Source: Macrostomum lignano
Taxonomy: Eukaryota
DNA: 64,000 nt
Assembly (NCBI GenBank): GCA_002269645.1
Contig: NIVC01000735.1
Location: 248,001-312,000 of the forward strand
Reading direction: 5' to 3'
Shown: in pieces, positions 25,401 through 49,109 of the stretch
Layout: the number at the start of each line of letters is the position of its first letter
How positions within the stretch are numbered: the first letter of the stretch is position 1
Notes under the pieces: generated by a model
Told to the model about the DNA's origin: nothing
Seen by the model: only the letters and a program-made list of their open reading frames with translations
Database searches by the model: none
Translations under genes and position numbers: made by a program

Positions 25401-25845
25401 GGCGGTGGCCGCTTCTTCGGCCATTTCGCGTCGGCCGCCCAGCCCAAACGCCGCGTTCGTCAGCCGGCTGGGACTCGAACCCGGGACCGGCCTCCTGCTC
25501 GCCGGCCGTTCGGTTGGCGACGTCGTCGCCCTGCGGACTGACGGGCCAGAGGCAGGCAACGTCTGGACGGTGGCCGACCCGGACTGCGGACAGGCGCCAG
25601 CGGGATTCGCGCTGGGCCGCGTCAGCCGCCTGCTGGTGTCCGACAGCGGCGGCGGCGTCGGCGGCGGCGGCGTCGGCGGCGGCGGCGGCGGCGGCGTCTC
25701 CTCCGCTTGCGTTGTAGTCGTCAGCGAGGTGCGCCGAACCAGCGGCGGACCGTTGGGACCGGCCACAATGGGCTTCTGGAGCCAGTGGCGCTTCTATGGA
25801 GACTCCGTCAAGGAAAGCTTCGCTGTGCTGTTCAGAGAGGGCTAA
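784..25845 (+). CDS. LRRK1: LRRK1-like Roco kinase, 5'-partial (COR, TKL-type kinase, WD40-like C-terminus); exons 784-1443, 2219-2535, 2969-3422, 4101-4325, 9608-10003, 23990-24611, 25202-25845
   Basis: COR motifs RVYRFPYFPPGLWPRL, LLVDEVDLLLDTWFPGL, RLVPCPEC and LVPELLFAD. Kinase motifs GEGAFG, VAAK, MRHEAN, LCFLTELAPLGSL, YRDLKSDNVL, KLGDYG, GTPGYMAPEV and VDVYSFGMVLYEL. All junctions are GT-AG and phases match (0,2,0,0,0,1) if one base is added near 1031. LRRK1 versus LRRK2 orthology was not tested. Confidence 0.9.
1458..2189. repeat. Minisatellite, 21 bp AGAAATCTGTGGGTAAACTGT, about 35 copies
   Basis: Fills nearly all of the LRRK intron 1444-2218. Confidence 0.97.
2219..2535 (+). CDS. 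LRRK1: LRRK-like exon: end of COR-B and kinase Gly loop
   Basis: catcag|GTG...TG|gtgagg; VPCPEC...CPRC...LVPELLFAD...LLGEGAFGSVYRA. Confidence 0.9.
2560..2900. repeat. Minisatellite, 20 bp TGACTTCTGAGTGCATGGAG and variants
   Basis: Tandem copies in intron 2536-2968. Confidence 0.9.
2969..3422 (+). CDS. LRRK1: LRRK-like exon: beta3 Lys, long insert, alphaC and hinge
   Basis: ttccag|G...GAG|gtgaga; LGDTQVAAK...MRHEANVLQALRSPFLV...LTELAPLGSL. Confidence 0.9.
3540..4050. repeat. Minisatellite, 31 bp AATTAGTCACTTTATTGTATCATTAGAGTTC, about 16 copies
   Basis: Tandem copies in intron 3423-4100. Confidence 0.96.
4101..4325 (+). CDS. LRRK1: LRRK-like exon: catalytic loop and activation segment
   Basis: gcgcag|GTG...AAG|gtgagc; YRDLKSDNVL, KLGDYGTS, GTPGYMAPEV. 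Confidence 0.93.
4355..5190. repeat. Minisatellite, 29 bp CCATTGGGAGCTGGGAGTGTTTAGTTATC
   Basis: Tandem copies just after the 4326 donor. Confidence 0.95.
6118..6370. repeat. Minisatellite, 20 bp TCTCTCTACATCTGCCTACC, about 9 copies, decaying into pyrimidine-rich sequence
   Basis: Direct tandem copies. Confidence 0.9.
8243..9530. repeat. Minisatellite, 36 bp ATGGGGATGTGGGATTCTGAGCTCCCAACTCCCAAT, about 36 copies
   Basis: Tandem copies ending about 75 nt before the 9607 acceptor; source of five long spurious ORFs. Confidence 0.97.
9608..10003 (+). CDS. LRRK1: LRRK-like exon: kinase C-lobe
   Basis: cttcag|GTG...GAA|gtaagt; VDVYSFGMVLYELICGERPF...CWRLSPGARPTA. Confidence 0.92.
10016..10345. 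repeat. Compound minisatellite (CCTACTTG-based, then 32 bp ACTTGCCTGCTTATCTACCTACTGACCTGCCT)
   Basis: Starts about 12 nt after the 10004 donor. Confidence 0.9.
12825..13905. repeat. Minisatellite, 19 bp AGTAGATATTAGATATCAG, about 56 copies
   Basis: Direct tandem copies. Confidence 0.97.
14808..15897 (-). CDS. MPPED1/2 (239FB)-like calcineurin-like metallophosphoesterase, probably catalytically dead, nested antisense in the LRRK intron; exons 15897-15176 and 15084-14808 (332 aa)
   Basis: Motifs in family order: RIAHISDTC, DVLVHCGN, KIFVAGPNE, YLQDSSCVIEGVRFYGTPW, WSNIPDDVDV, EELVARIR|PKLFLYG. A 91-nt phase-2 GT-AG intron (AG|gtgaga...cccgcag|G) joins the two ORFs in frame, with a total CDS of 999 nt. 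Upstream UTR exons were not resolved. Confidence 0.82.
18860..20040. repeat. Minisatellite, about 53 bp pyrimidine-rich unit (TATCCGTCTACCCTGTCTAACCTCTCCCTCTCCCTGTCTCCCTACTCTCCCCC), about 22 copies
   Basis: Direct tandem copies with variable C runs. Confidence 0.96.
20895..22775. repeat. Minisatellite, 40 bp CTCTGGAGTGCCCGGGTGCTAGCAGGGGTGCCAGGATGCG, about 47 copies
   Basis: Direct tandem copies. Confidence 0.97.
23290..23905. repeat. Minisatellite, 40 bp GTGCACCCCGCTCCAGTGGCCAGCATGGGGCCGTGAATCC, about 15 copies
   Basis: Ends about 85 nt before the 23989 acceptor. Confidence 0.96.
23990..24611 (+). CDS. LRRK1: LRRK-like exon: putative WD40-like region
   Basis: Pyrimidine-rich tcccag| acceptor and G|gtaagg donor. 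The open frame has the same GC-rich codon usage and its phase fits both neighbouring exons. The domain identity is inferred from position only. Confidence 0.7.
24680..25112. repeat. Minisatellite, 19 bp GTGTGAACAGCGGGTTGCT and variants
   Basis: Tandem copies in intron 24612-25201. Confidence 0.92.
25202..25845 (+). CDS. LRRK1: LRRK-like probable last coding exon (beta-rich, poly-Gly tract)
   Basis: cccgcag| acceptor, phase 1 matches the previous exon, open to TAA at 25843-25845, no good donor seen before the stop. Confidence 0.65.
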
Positions 25846-25869
25846 CAGACTGCCGCCCGGCTGCCGGGC

Positions 25870-26750
25870 ATTGACTGCCTAATAGCTACCTAATTGGGTG
25901 GTTGCGGACACCCTAATAGCTACCTAATTGGGTGGTTGCTGACTGCCTAATAGTTACCTAATTGGGTGGTTGCTGACTGCCTAATAGTTACCTAATTGGG
26001 TGGTTGCTGACTGCCTAATAGTTACCTAATTGGGTGGTTGCTGACTGCCTAATAGTTACCTAATTGGGTGGTTCCTGACTGCCTAATACTTACCTAATTG
26101 GGTGGTTGCTAACTACCTAATTGGGTGGCTTCAGGCTATCTAATAGCTACCTAATCGGGTGGTTATCGACTGCCTAATAGTTACCTAATTGGGTGGTTTC
26201 TAACTACCTAATAGCTACCTAATTGGGTGGTTGCCGACTGCCTAATAGCTACCTAATTGGGTTGGTTTCCGACTGCCTAATAGCTACCTAATTGGGTGGT
26301 TGCCGACTGCCTAATAGCTACCTAATTGGATGGTTGCCGACTGCCTAATAGCTACCTAATTGGGTGGTTGCCGACTGCCTAATAGCTACCTAATTGGGTG
26401 GTTGCCGACTGTCTAATAGCTACCTAATTGGGTTGGTTGCCGACTGCCTAATAGCTACCTTATTGGGTTGGTTGCCGACTGCCTAATAGCTACCTAATTG
26501 GGTGGTTGCCGACTGTCTAATAGTTACCTAATTGGGTGGTTGCTGACTGCCTAATAGCTACCTAATTGGGTGGTTGCCGACTGCCTAATAGCTACCTAAT
26601 TGGATGGTTGCCGACTGCCTAATAGCTACCTAATTGGGTGGTTGCCGACTGCCTAATAGCTACCTAATTGGGTGGTTGCTGACTGCCTAATAGCTACCTA
26701 ATTGGCTGGTTGCCGACTGTCTAATAGCTACCTAATTGGCTGGTTTCTGA
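25870..26750. repeat. Minisatellite, 34 bp CTAATAGCTACCTAATTGGGTGGTTGCCGACTGC, about 25 copies
   Basis: Starts about 25 nt after the LRRK stop codon. Confidence 0.95.
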
Positions 26751-27404
26751 CCACCTAATCGTATGCGAGCGTACCACCTAAATATTGGCCTAATGGCATG
26801 CATTCAGTCTATGTACTAATCTAATTACATGTATTTAAGATGAGTTTAATCTACCTAATACTTATTTAGCTCGGACGGATTCCGTCTTGCTATGTTTAAT
26901 TGGTCATTCCGAGGCACGTGTTTGTTTTTCCAAAAGCCATGCATTGTGTTAAAATTTTCAAAATTAGCTCTCACGGTGGTGCTCGCTCACTTGGATAAAT
27001 TTGAATCTGCTCCTCCTCTCTCGGCTGTGCATAACCCGTGCCCAAATGTATTTTAATTGTTGAAATAAACCTTTTTTAACTCCCGCATTCTGCCGCTGTG
27101 ATATCTGAACAGAGCGTTGTGTGCTTTTCAACTACACAAACATATGCCCCAGCTGGCCCGTTCTCAGAGGCTCAGCAAATCTCAGATCTTTGACGGCTCA
27201 ATCGGATTTGAGGGCAACCTCTGCTGGCGAGCACTCCGGGTGCCAAAGCTGTACCGGTTTAATCCGGTTTAACAAAACTCTACGAAGTTTAGGGTTTGAA
27301 TCCACACTTACCTAGCTGCAGGGCTGTCCCATTCCGCTAATCCCTGAACGGCCGACGCGTCGCTATGGACCAAGGGTGGGCGCCGCCCAGGGAGGTATCT
27401 CCTG

Positions 27405-29795
27405 TCCCTCACCATTGACTCTCACCTGTGTCTCCTGTCCCTTATCATTGACTCTCACCTGTGTCTCCTGTCCCTCATCATTGACTCTCACCTGTGTCTC
27501 CTGTCCCTCATCATTGACTCTCACCTGTGTCTCCTGTCCCTCATCATTGACTCTCACCTGTGTCTCCTGTCCCTTATCATTGACTCTCACCTGTGTCTCC
27601 TGTCCCTCATCATTGACTCTCACCTGTGTCTCCTGTCCCTCATCATTGACTCTCACCTGTGTCTCCTGTCCCTCATCATTGACTCTCACCTGTGTCTCCT
27701 GTCCCTCATCATTGACTCTCACCTGTGTCTCCTGTCCCGCATCATTGACTCTCACCTGTGTCTCCTGTCCCTCATCATTGACTCTCACCTGTATCTCCTG
27801 TCCCTCATCATTGACTCTCACCTGTGTCTCCTGTCCCTCATCATTGACTCTCACCTGTGTCTCCTGTCCCTCATCATTGACTCTCACCTGTGTCTCCTGT
27901 CCCTCATCATTGACTCTCACCTGTGTCTCCTGTCCCTCATCATTGACTCTCACCTGTGTCTCCTGTCCCTCATCATTGACTCTCACCTGTGTCTCCTGTC
28001 CCTCATCATTGACTCTCACCTGTGTCTCCTGTCCCTCATCATTGACTCTCACCTGTGTCTCCTGTCCCTCATCATTGACTCTCACCTGTGTCTCCTGTCC
28101 CTCATCATTGACTCTCACCTGTGTCTCCTGTCCCTCATCATTGACTCTCACCTGTGTCTCCTGTCCCTCATCATTGACTCTCACCTGTGTCTCCTGTCCC
28201 CTGTCATTGACTCTCACCTGTGTCTCCTGTCCCTCATCATTGACTCTCACCTGTGTCTCCTGTCCCTCATCATTGACTCTCACCTGTGTCTCCTGTCCCT
28301 CATCATTGACTCTCACCTGTGTCTCCTGTCCCGCATCATTGACTCTCACCTGTGTCTCCTGTCCCTCATCATTGACTCTCACCTGTATCTCCTGTCCCTC
28401 ATCATTGACTCTCACCTGTGTCTCCTGTCCCCTGTCATTGACTCTCACCTGTGTCTCCTGTCCCTCATCATTGACTCTCACCTGTGTCTCCTGTCCCTCA
28501 TCATTGACTCTCACCTGTGTCTCCTGTCCCTCATCATTGACTCTCACCTGTGTCTCCTGTCCCTCATCATTGACTCTCACCTGTGTCTCCTGTCCCTCAT
28601 CATTGACTCTCACCTGTGTCTCCTGTCCCTCATCATTGACTCTCACCTGTGTCTCCTGTCCCTCATCATTGACTCTCACCTGTGTCTCCTGTCCCTCATC
28701 ATTGACTCTCACCTGTGTCTCCTGTCCCTCATCATTGACTCTCACCTGTGTCTCCTGTCCCTCATCATTGACTCTCACCTGTGTCTCCTGTCCCTCATCA
28801 TTGACTCTCACCTGTGTCTCCTGTCCCTCATCATTGACTCTCACCTGTGTCTCCTGTCCCCTGTCATTGACTCTCACCTGTGTCTCCTGTCCCTCATCAT
28901 TGACTCTCACCTGTGTCTCCTGTCCCTCATCATTGACTCTCACCTGTGTCTCCTGTCCCTCATCATTGACTCTCACCTGTGTCTCCTGTCCCGCATCATT
29001 GACTCTCACCTGTGTCTCCTGTCCCTCATCATTGACTCTCACCTGTATCTCCTGTCCCTCATCATTGACTCTCACCTGTGTCTCCTGTCCCTCATCATTG
29101 ACTCTCACCTGTGTCTCCTGTCCCTCATCATTGACTCTCACCTGTGTCTCCTGTCCCTCATCATTGACTCTCACCTGTGTCTCCTGTCCCTCATCATTGA
29201 CTCTCACCTGTGTCTCCTGTCCCTCATCATTGACTCTCACCTGTGTCTCCTGTCCCTCATCATTGACTCTCACCTGTGTCTCCTGTCCCCTGTCATTGAC
29301 TCTCACCTGTGTCTCCTGTCCCTCATCATTGACTCTCACCTGTGTCTCCTGTCCCTCATCATTGACTCTCACCTGTGTCTCCTGTCCCCTGTCATTGACT
29401 CTCACCTGTGTCTCCTGTCCCTCATCATTGACTCTCACCTGTGTCTCCTGTCCCTCATCATTGACTCTCACCTGTGTCTCCTGTCCCTCATCATTGACTC
29501 TCACCTGTGTCTCCTGTCCCTCATCATTGACTCTCACCTGTGTCTCCTGTTCCCTGTCATTGACTCTCACCTGTGTCTCCTGTCCCTCATCATTGACTCT
29601 CACCTGTGTCTCCTGTCCCTCATCATTGACTCTCACCTGTGTCTCCTGTCCCTCATCATTGACTCTCACCTGTGTCTCCTGTCCCCTGTCATTGACTCTC
29701 ACCTGTGTCTCCTGTCCCTCATCATTGACTCTCACCTGTGTCTCCTGTCCCTCATCATTGACTCTCACCTGTGTCTCCTGTCCCCTGTCATTGAC
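27405..29795. repeat. Minisatellite, 33 bp CATTGACTCTCACCTGTGTCTCCTGTCCCTCAT, about 72 copies, with higher-order blocks
   Basis: Nearly perfect tandem copies; source of the 801-aa and 818-aa ORFs. Confidence 0.98.
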
Positions 29796-30312
29796 AGAGG
29801 AAAAGGGAGTATTTTATGAGAAGTCTGTCTGAGCTGAGCATGAAGCAGAAATGACTTTGCCAAAGTCTCGCAGCCCCGCAAAGCTTTGATATCCCAACTC
29901 TTTACTCTTGTGCTCTGCGGGGGCGGGACAGTTCCGCAGTATCTGGGCCAGACATCTCCATGACAAATCCATCCCCCCAGAGAACTTTTCTCTTAGCCGC
30001 GGCTGAGCTGGAATTCCCTAGAGGGAAGAGAATCAGCTCGTCTTCATGGCAACAGTCTGCTGTTGCTGCGATCGCTCGCTGTCCTCTGTTGGCTTTGACG
30101 CGATTGGCAGTCTGCCAGCTCCGCTTTTTGAGCGAGTTTTTAGCTCCAGTGCGCTCTTGGCTACTGACAGCTGCCGGATAAGTAGTATATGGAGCATCAG
30201 TAAGATTAAAGATTGTAGTGAAGATACCGGGGTATCTTGATATGAGAGTATGCGATTTTTAGATAATTTAGAATAAACTGGTATAATCTTGTCGAATTTC
30301 AGCTGACTAACT

Positions 30313-31435
30313 GGGAATCTAGCTAATGGGGGGAATCTAGCTAATGGGGGGAATCTAGCTAATGGGGGGGAATCTAGCTAATGGGGGGAATCTAGCTAAT
30401 GGGGGGAATCTAGCTAATGGGGGGAATCTAGCTAATGGGGGGAATCTAGCTAATGGGGGGAATCTAGCTAATGGGGGGAATCTAGCTAATGGGGGGAATC
30501 TAGCTAATGGGGATTCCTAGTGGATAGGGAATCTAGCTAATGGCAAATCTAACTAATGGGGAATCTAGCTAATGGGGAATCTAGCTAATGGGGGAATCTA
30601 GCTAATGGGGGGAATCTAGCTAATGGGGGGAATCTAGCTAATGGGGGGAATCTAGCTAATGGGGGGAATCTAGCTAATGGGGGGAACCTAGCTAATGGGG
30701 GGAATCTAGCTAATGGGGGAATCTAGCTAATGGGGGGAATCTAGCTAATGGGGGGAATCTAGCTAATGGGGGAATCTAGCTAATGGGGGGAATCTAGCTA
30801 ATGGGGGAATCTAGCTAATGGGGGGAATCTAGCTAATGGGGGGAATCTAGCTAATGGGGGGAATCTAGCTAATGGGGGGAATCTAGCTAATGGGGGGAAT
30901 CTAGCTTATGGGGATTCCTAGTGGATAGGGAATCTAGCTAATGGCAAATCTAACTAATGGGGAATCTAGCTAATGGGGAATCTAGCTAATGGGGGGAATC
31001 TAGCTAATGGGGGGAATCTAGCTAATGGGGGGAATCTAGCTAATGGGGGGAATCTAGCTAATGGGGGGAATCTAGCTAATGGGGGGAACCTAGCTAATGG
31101 GGGAATCTAGCTAATGGGGGGAATCTAGCTAATGGGGGGAATCTAGCTAATGGGGGAATCTAGCTAATGGGGGGAATCTAGCTAATGGGGGAATCTAGCT
31201 AATGGGGGGAATCTAGCTAATGGGGGGAATCTAGCTAATGGGGATTCCTAGTGGATAGGGAATCTAGCTAATGGCAAATCTAACTAATGGGGAATCTAGC
31301 TAATGGGGAATCTAGCTAATGGGGAATCTAGCTAATAGGGAATCTAGCTAATGGGGAATCTAGGTAATGTCAAATCCAGCTAATGGCAAATCTAGCTAAT
31401 GGGGAATCTAGATAATGGGAGAATTTAGCTAATGT
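30313..31435. repeat. Minisatellite, 17-19 bp AATCTAGCTAAT(G)4-6
   Basis: Tandem copies with variable G-run length. Confidence 0.96.
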
Positions 31436-32017
31436 GGAAGTCATACGTATCTATGGGTGTAATGGCAATCCAACTAGCCGGTAGATCTGGACTAGGCTTT
31501 TTTATGAGGTGTGTTTATCACAATCAAACAAATATTCAAGGCAATTTAAGACTGCCAAGGTGCTAAATTTGTCGACAACATATAATGTTCAATAACAAGC
31601 TTTCCGCTGCAGCTGCAGCTGCAGCACTACTTTGAGTAGTCCGTTGAGACGGGTTTTTGCCAAGATATATCCTTCATACGATGCAGACTGAAAGGCATGG
31701 ATTTAGAAGGGAGAAAACAGTTTAATCCTATTGCTAAGAAGTTTATGCAAAAGCTGAGGAGTTTAATAGCGAAGGGGTGCGGTGTATTTGCAGGCATCAG
31801 AAACTGTAATCGGTTTTATTGTCATTTATGGTGTCGGACAAAATTAATAATCAATAAATTTCACAAAAAATTAGTCTTATTCAGGTTCACGAATAGATAA
31901 GTAACAGAGGACATCAACAGGGTCTAAATTTGCCAGATTTTTTTTGAAGCAGTGACTACTGTTCTGCTCAGCTCAAGCATCTGTGATGAGGGGAAGAAAC
32001 TGAACGGATTGGCACGG

Positions 32018-32960
32018 GACAGACAGTCGAGGACAGACAGTCGAAGACAGGCAGTTGAGGACAGACAGTCGAGGACAGACAGTCGAGGACAGACAGTCGA
32101 GGACAGGCAGTTGAGGACAGACAGTCGAGGACAGACAGTCGAGGACAGACAGTCGAGGACAGACAGTCGAGGACAGGCAGTTGAGGACAGACATTCGAGG
32201 ACAGACAGTCGAGGACAGGCAGTTGAGGACAGACAGTCGGGGACAGTCAGTCGACGACAGATAGTCGAGGACAGACAGTCGGGGACAGACATTTGAGGAC
32301 AGACAGTCGAGGACAGGCAGTTGAGGACAGACAGTCGAGGACAGACAGTCGGGGACAGTCAGTCGACGACAGATAGTCGAGGACAGACAGTCGGGGACAG
32401 ACATTTGAGGACAGACAGTCGAGGACAGGCAGTTGAGGACAGACAGTCGAGGACAGACATTTGAGGACAGGCAGTCGAGGACAGACAGTCGAAGACAGGC
32501 AGTTGAAGACAGACAGTCAGAGACAGGCAGTTAAGCACAGATAGTCGAGGACAGACAGTCGGGGACAGACATTTGAGGACAGACAGTCGAGGACAGGCAG
32601 TTGAGGACAGACATTCGAGGACAGACAGTCGGGGACAGACATTTGAGGACAGACAGTCGAGGACAGACATTTGAGGACAGGCAGTCGAAGACAGGCAGTT
32701 GAAGACAGACAGTCAGAGACAGGCAGTTAAGGACAGACAGTCGAGGACAGACAGTCGGGGACAGTCAGTCGACGACAGATAGTCGAGGACAGTCAGTCAG
32801 GGACAGACATTTGAGGACAGACAGTCGAGGACAGGCAGTTGAGGACAGACAGTCGAGGACAGGCAGTTGAGGACAGACAGTCGAGGACAGGCAGTTGAGG
32901 ACAGACAGTCGAGGACAGACATTTGAGGACAGGCAGTCGAGGACAGACAGTCGAGGACAG
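32018..32960. repeat. Minisatellite, 14 bp GAGGACAGACAGTC and variants
   Basis: Tandem copies downstream of the MYT1 stop codon. Confidence 0.94.
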
Positions 32961-33244
32961 GTAGGGAGGGGCAGATGCAGCGCGCAGGGTCAGAACACGC
33001 AAGACAGCCGCGGTGTACAAGTGGCAGGCGATGAACTCTGGGAACTCAGACTTATTGGTGAAGCTGGAGAGACGGCGGGCTGGCCGGCGGGCGGTTTTTT
33101 ATACACAGAGAAAAGCCGGAAATGTTCGGACAGCCCGCCTGCGCAAAGCACAGAACACGGCACGGACACGACAGGGTAGGCAGACAAGCGAATAGAGAAA
33201 CACAGCGTGAGAATATGAGTGAGTGCTGGGCAGTCCCGGGCTGC

Positions 33245-45603
<12,359 letters not shown>

Positions 45604-46611
45604 TTTTGCTCCGAATGAACTGAAAGACAGCGGGAGACAGGGGAACAGATGAAGGATAAGTTAAAACGAAGGGGATCTGAGCAACTTCGGCCGGCCAAGT
45701 CAACGGTCGGGCCGGCCGCTGATTTATGAGCGATGGCACTGCACGAAATCTGCTCATGGCTTCTCGGCCGCTGCCTCATCCGCTTCGCGTTTCACCTTTC
45801 CCAGCCTCTTCTGAGGCGCATACAGGTCTCCTTGTCTCCTAGATCCCTTCTCTCCCGGCGGAAGCAGGGTCTTCCTCTCCAGCTTCCTGCGCCCTGCAGT
45901 CCCTACCCCTCCACTTCCCCCTCTCCTTTCCATTTCCTTCGAGCCCGTGACAGAGGAAAGTTTGAGAAGAAATGAAAAAAATTGATGGAGCAGAGCCTGC
46001 AACTTATCCTCATTCCCTACCTCTCTGCTGTCAAAACCGTAACAAGATTTTGCTCAGGTAATAACTGCTGGATCGCGAGCTCCCCACTCAACAGAATTGC
46101 TTCTGGGCTGGGAAATTTCCTGAGCTACGGGGGGAGCGGCTCAGGGGAGAAGGAGACGCTGGAGTTGCTGGATAAATGCAGACTGACAACAAATGGGAGG
46201 CGACCTGCAGCTGCTGTGTTTGGGATGCAGGCATCGCTGGAGTGGAAAAGTTGATCCCCACGCGCGGGAGAAAGTTGTTTCAGCCCCTTCAACAAACTCC
46301 TCCCAGAGACGGGGGAGGGCAGCTCGGGCTGGCAGGGTTTTTTCTTTCTGAAAGGAGGTAATTTGATCCCAGTAATATTCCCCCCTGTACAATGCCAAGA
46401 TCCCAGAAGCCTCTTCATCTTGGCTTCAAACTCTTTCCCACCCCCCTCTTCAAACTCGTCCTGCCTTGTCTCCCAGGCTCCGCAGATGCCCTCCTTCTCC
46501 AAGTTTGCGGCCCGCTGGGAGCCCCGCCCATCAAATTCAGGCCCGGGGATCAAAGAGTCTCGCGCAACATGTGTTCAGCTAATGAGGAAACCACTCACCC
46601 TGCTCACTCAC

Positions 46612-46808
46612 CTTGCGCCTTGAGCCGAGAGTTTGGCAGAAGTGTAGAGAGAAGATCGTCGGGAGAACAGAAACTGCAAAGTTGAGGACGCGACGGCAAA
46701 CTGTTGAGCCACTGCTGCTGCAGCTTTATGGAGACTTCTGGCTTGGGGCGGAGGGGGCAGCAGCTCAGACACGAGTTTCGGGCCGGGACAGCCCGACAGC
46801 CACCTCAT
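46612..46808 (-). other. Possible upstream MYT1 exon (5' UTR or 71-aa N-terminal extension)
   Basis: Strong donor AAG|gtgagt at 46611. The ATG at 46808 is in frame with exon 1 if spliced to the 45619 acceptor. A candidate acceptor ctccatcccag| lies at 47044, just after the 33-bp array. Confidence 0.35.
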
Positions 46809-47084
46809 CGCCTCCCCGCCCCTGGCCAGCCGGGACCAATGAGAGTGGCCAGGCCGGTGCCCAGGCCGAGCTGCACCCAGGGGGCCAACCGTGCTGAGAA
46901 CGGTTTCTGGGGACGGCCGTCTGTTGAGCTGGGGTCATAAATCTCCTAATTTCGACTCCCAGTGTGAGGTGACAAACCGATTAGAAGTGACGGAGCGCAG
47001 CATCTGCTGGGGCTGATGCAGCCATCGCAGGTCTGCCAGTGCGCTGGGATGGAGAGAGCAGTGACGCTGCCTCAGCTCAGACCA

Positions 47085-48155
47085 GAAGACAGACTGCCAT
47101 AGTCGCAGCTCAGACCTGAGGACAAACTGCCATAGTCTCAGCTCAGACCAGAAGACAGACTGCCATAGTCTCAGCTCAGATCAGAAGACAAACTGCCATA
47201 GTCTCAGCTCAGACCAGAAGACAGACTGCCATAGTCTCAGCTCAGATCAGAAGACAAACTGCCATAGTCTCAGCTCAGACCAGAGGACAAACTGCCATAT
47301 TCTTAGCTCAGACCAGAGGACAAACTGCCATAGTGTCAGCTCAGACCTAAGGACAAACTGCCATAGTCTCAGTTCAGATCAGAGGACAAACTGCCATAGT
47401 CTCAGCTCAGACCAGAGGACAAACTGCCATAGTCTTAGCTCAGATCAGAGGACAAACTGCCATATTCTTAACTCAGACCAGAGGACAAACTGCCATAGTC
47501 TCAGCACAGACTAGAAGACAAACTGCCATAGTCTCAGCACAGACTAGAAGACAAACTGCCATAGTCTCAGCTCAGACCAGAAGACAGACTGCCATAGTCT
47601 CAGCTCAGACCAGAAGACAAACTGCCATAGTCTTAGCTCAGACCAGAAGACAGACTGCCATAGTCTCAGCTCAGACTAGAAGACAAACTGCCATAGTCTC
47701 AGCACAGACTAGAAGACAAACTGCCATAGTCTTAGCTCAGACCAGAAGACAAACTGCCAAAGTCTCAGTTCAGACCAGAGGACAAACTGCCATAGTCTCA
47801 GTTCAGATCAGAAGACAAACTGCCATAGTCTCAGTTCAGACCAGAGGACAAACTGCCATAGTCTCAGTTCAGATCAGAAGACAAACTGCCATAGTCTCAG
47901 TTCAGATCAGAAGACAAACTGCCATAGTCTCAGTTCAGATCAGAGGACAAACTGCCATAGTCTCAGTTCAGATCAGAAGACAAACTGCCATATTCTTAGC
48001 TCAGACCAGAGGACAAGCTGCCATAGTCTCAGCTCAGACCAGAGGACAAACTGCCATAGTCTCAGTTCAGATCAGAAGACAAACTGCCATATTCTTAGCT
48101 CAGACCAGAGGACAAGCTGCCATAGTCTCAGCTCAGACCAGAGGACAAACTGCCA
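47085..48155. repeat. Minisatellite, 33 bp AGACAAACTGCCATAGTCTCAGCTCAGACCAGA, about 32 copies
   Basis: Direct tandem copies. Confidence 0.96.
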
Positions 48156-49109
48156 TAGCCTGCCATCGCTGTGAGCAAAGGCTTGACTCGCTATTGAGCG
48201 CCGAGCCGTCATTGACGCGATGAAATTGCGGGGCGGGAGGCTGTCAGACAAAGAATGAAAAATTTTCCGCATCAGATGCGGGCGCTGCTCAGCGCACTCA
48301 TCCTCGGAGCAAAGTAATTCACTTGATGCAGCAGTCCGGGGGCTCCCATTGTTCAGTTTGCTGAGATTTTAACAATTTAAAAAAATCTGCAAAATTTTAA
48401 GCGATAGCGATCTGCCGGTTTGAAGGGCCCCGAGATGCGCTTCGCCACCTGTTCCACACTTGCCAGCCGGGAGGGTGACTGGCTGAGGCTCGAATGCGAA
48501 AACAAACTAAAAAATTGCAATGAAAAATTGCTCCGCTATCCATGCTCGCTCGGGCGTGGCAACTGGAGGCTGGAAGCGCCTCATCGCTTGTTTCCTTTCA
48601 TCTGTTTCGCTGTTGAGTGCCTGGTGAGAGCCGACACTTCTAGCAGGGTGTCGGGGCTGAGGAAATTCTATAGGCAGATGGAGCTCGGGCCGTAGCGGAG
48701 TTGATTGAAGGGCTGATCCCTGCCGATCTTCGGCATTCCTTTTACCCCCCCCCCTGCTCACTTCTCTGTTTCTTCTTTTTGGGAGATTTTCAAGCTACTC
48801 GACACCGCGCGACACTTGCTGCTTGAAGAGGAAAAGTTACCGCCGGGAGTCTCAAGTGACAGCCGAGCTGAGCTGAGCTGTGCTGAGCTGTGCCAGATTC
48901 CGGCTGGCGCCCGCTGATTGATCCCAGCGGCTGCCCGCGCATCAGCCGTGCAGCGAAACCCGAGAGCCCGAGAGACTGCAGGGCGGAGGCGGGAAAGCCA
49001 AAGGAATTAAAGAAAGTGGGCGGTGGCGGCAGCGGCTTTGTTTGCCTCTGAAGAATTGATAGGAACTGCGCTGGTCCCGTGTGGAGAGGGCCCGGCGAGC
49101 GGTTGAGAG

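Noticed and set aside
27363-29832. 801-aa (VRVNDEGQETQ)n and 818-aa antisense ORFs as a repetitive or adhesive protein
   Set aside because: The ORFs exist only because a 33-bp unit lacks stops. Both strands are open, unit variants are non-synonymous (DE/DK/DR/DA, T/I), and there is no non-repetitive domain or signal peptide.
46785-46808. LSGCP in the upstream ORF as the end of a fifth C2HC finger
   Set aside because: It is preceded by MRW rather than HRS, there is no acceptor at the expected position, and no CPxPGC exon was found upstream.
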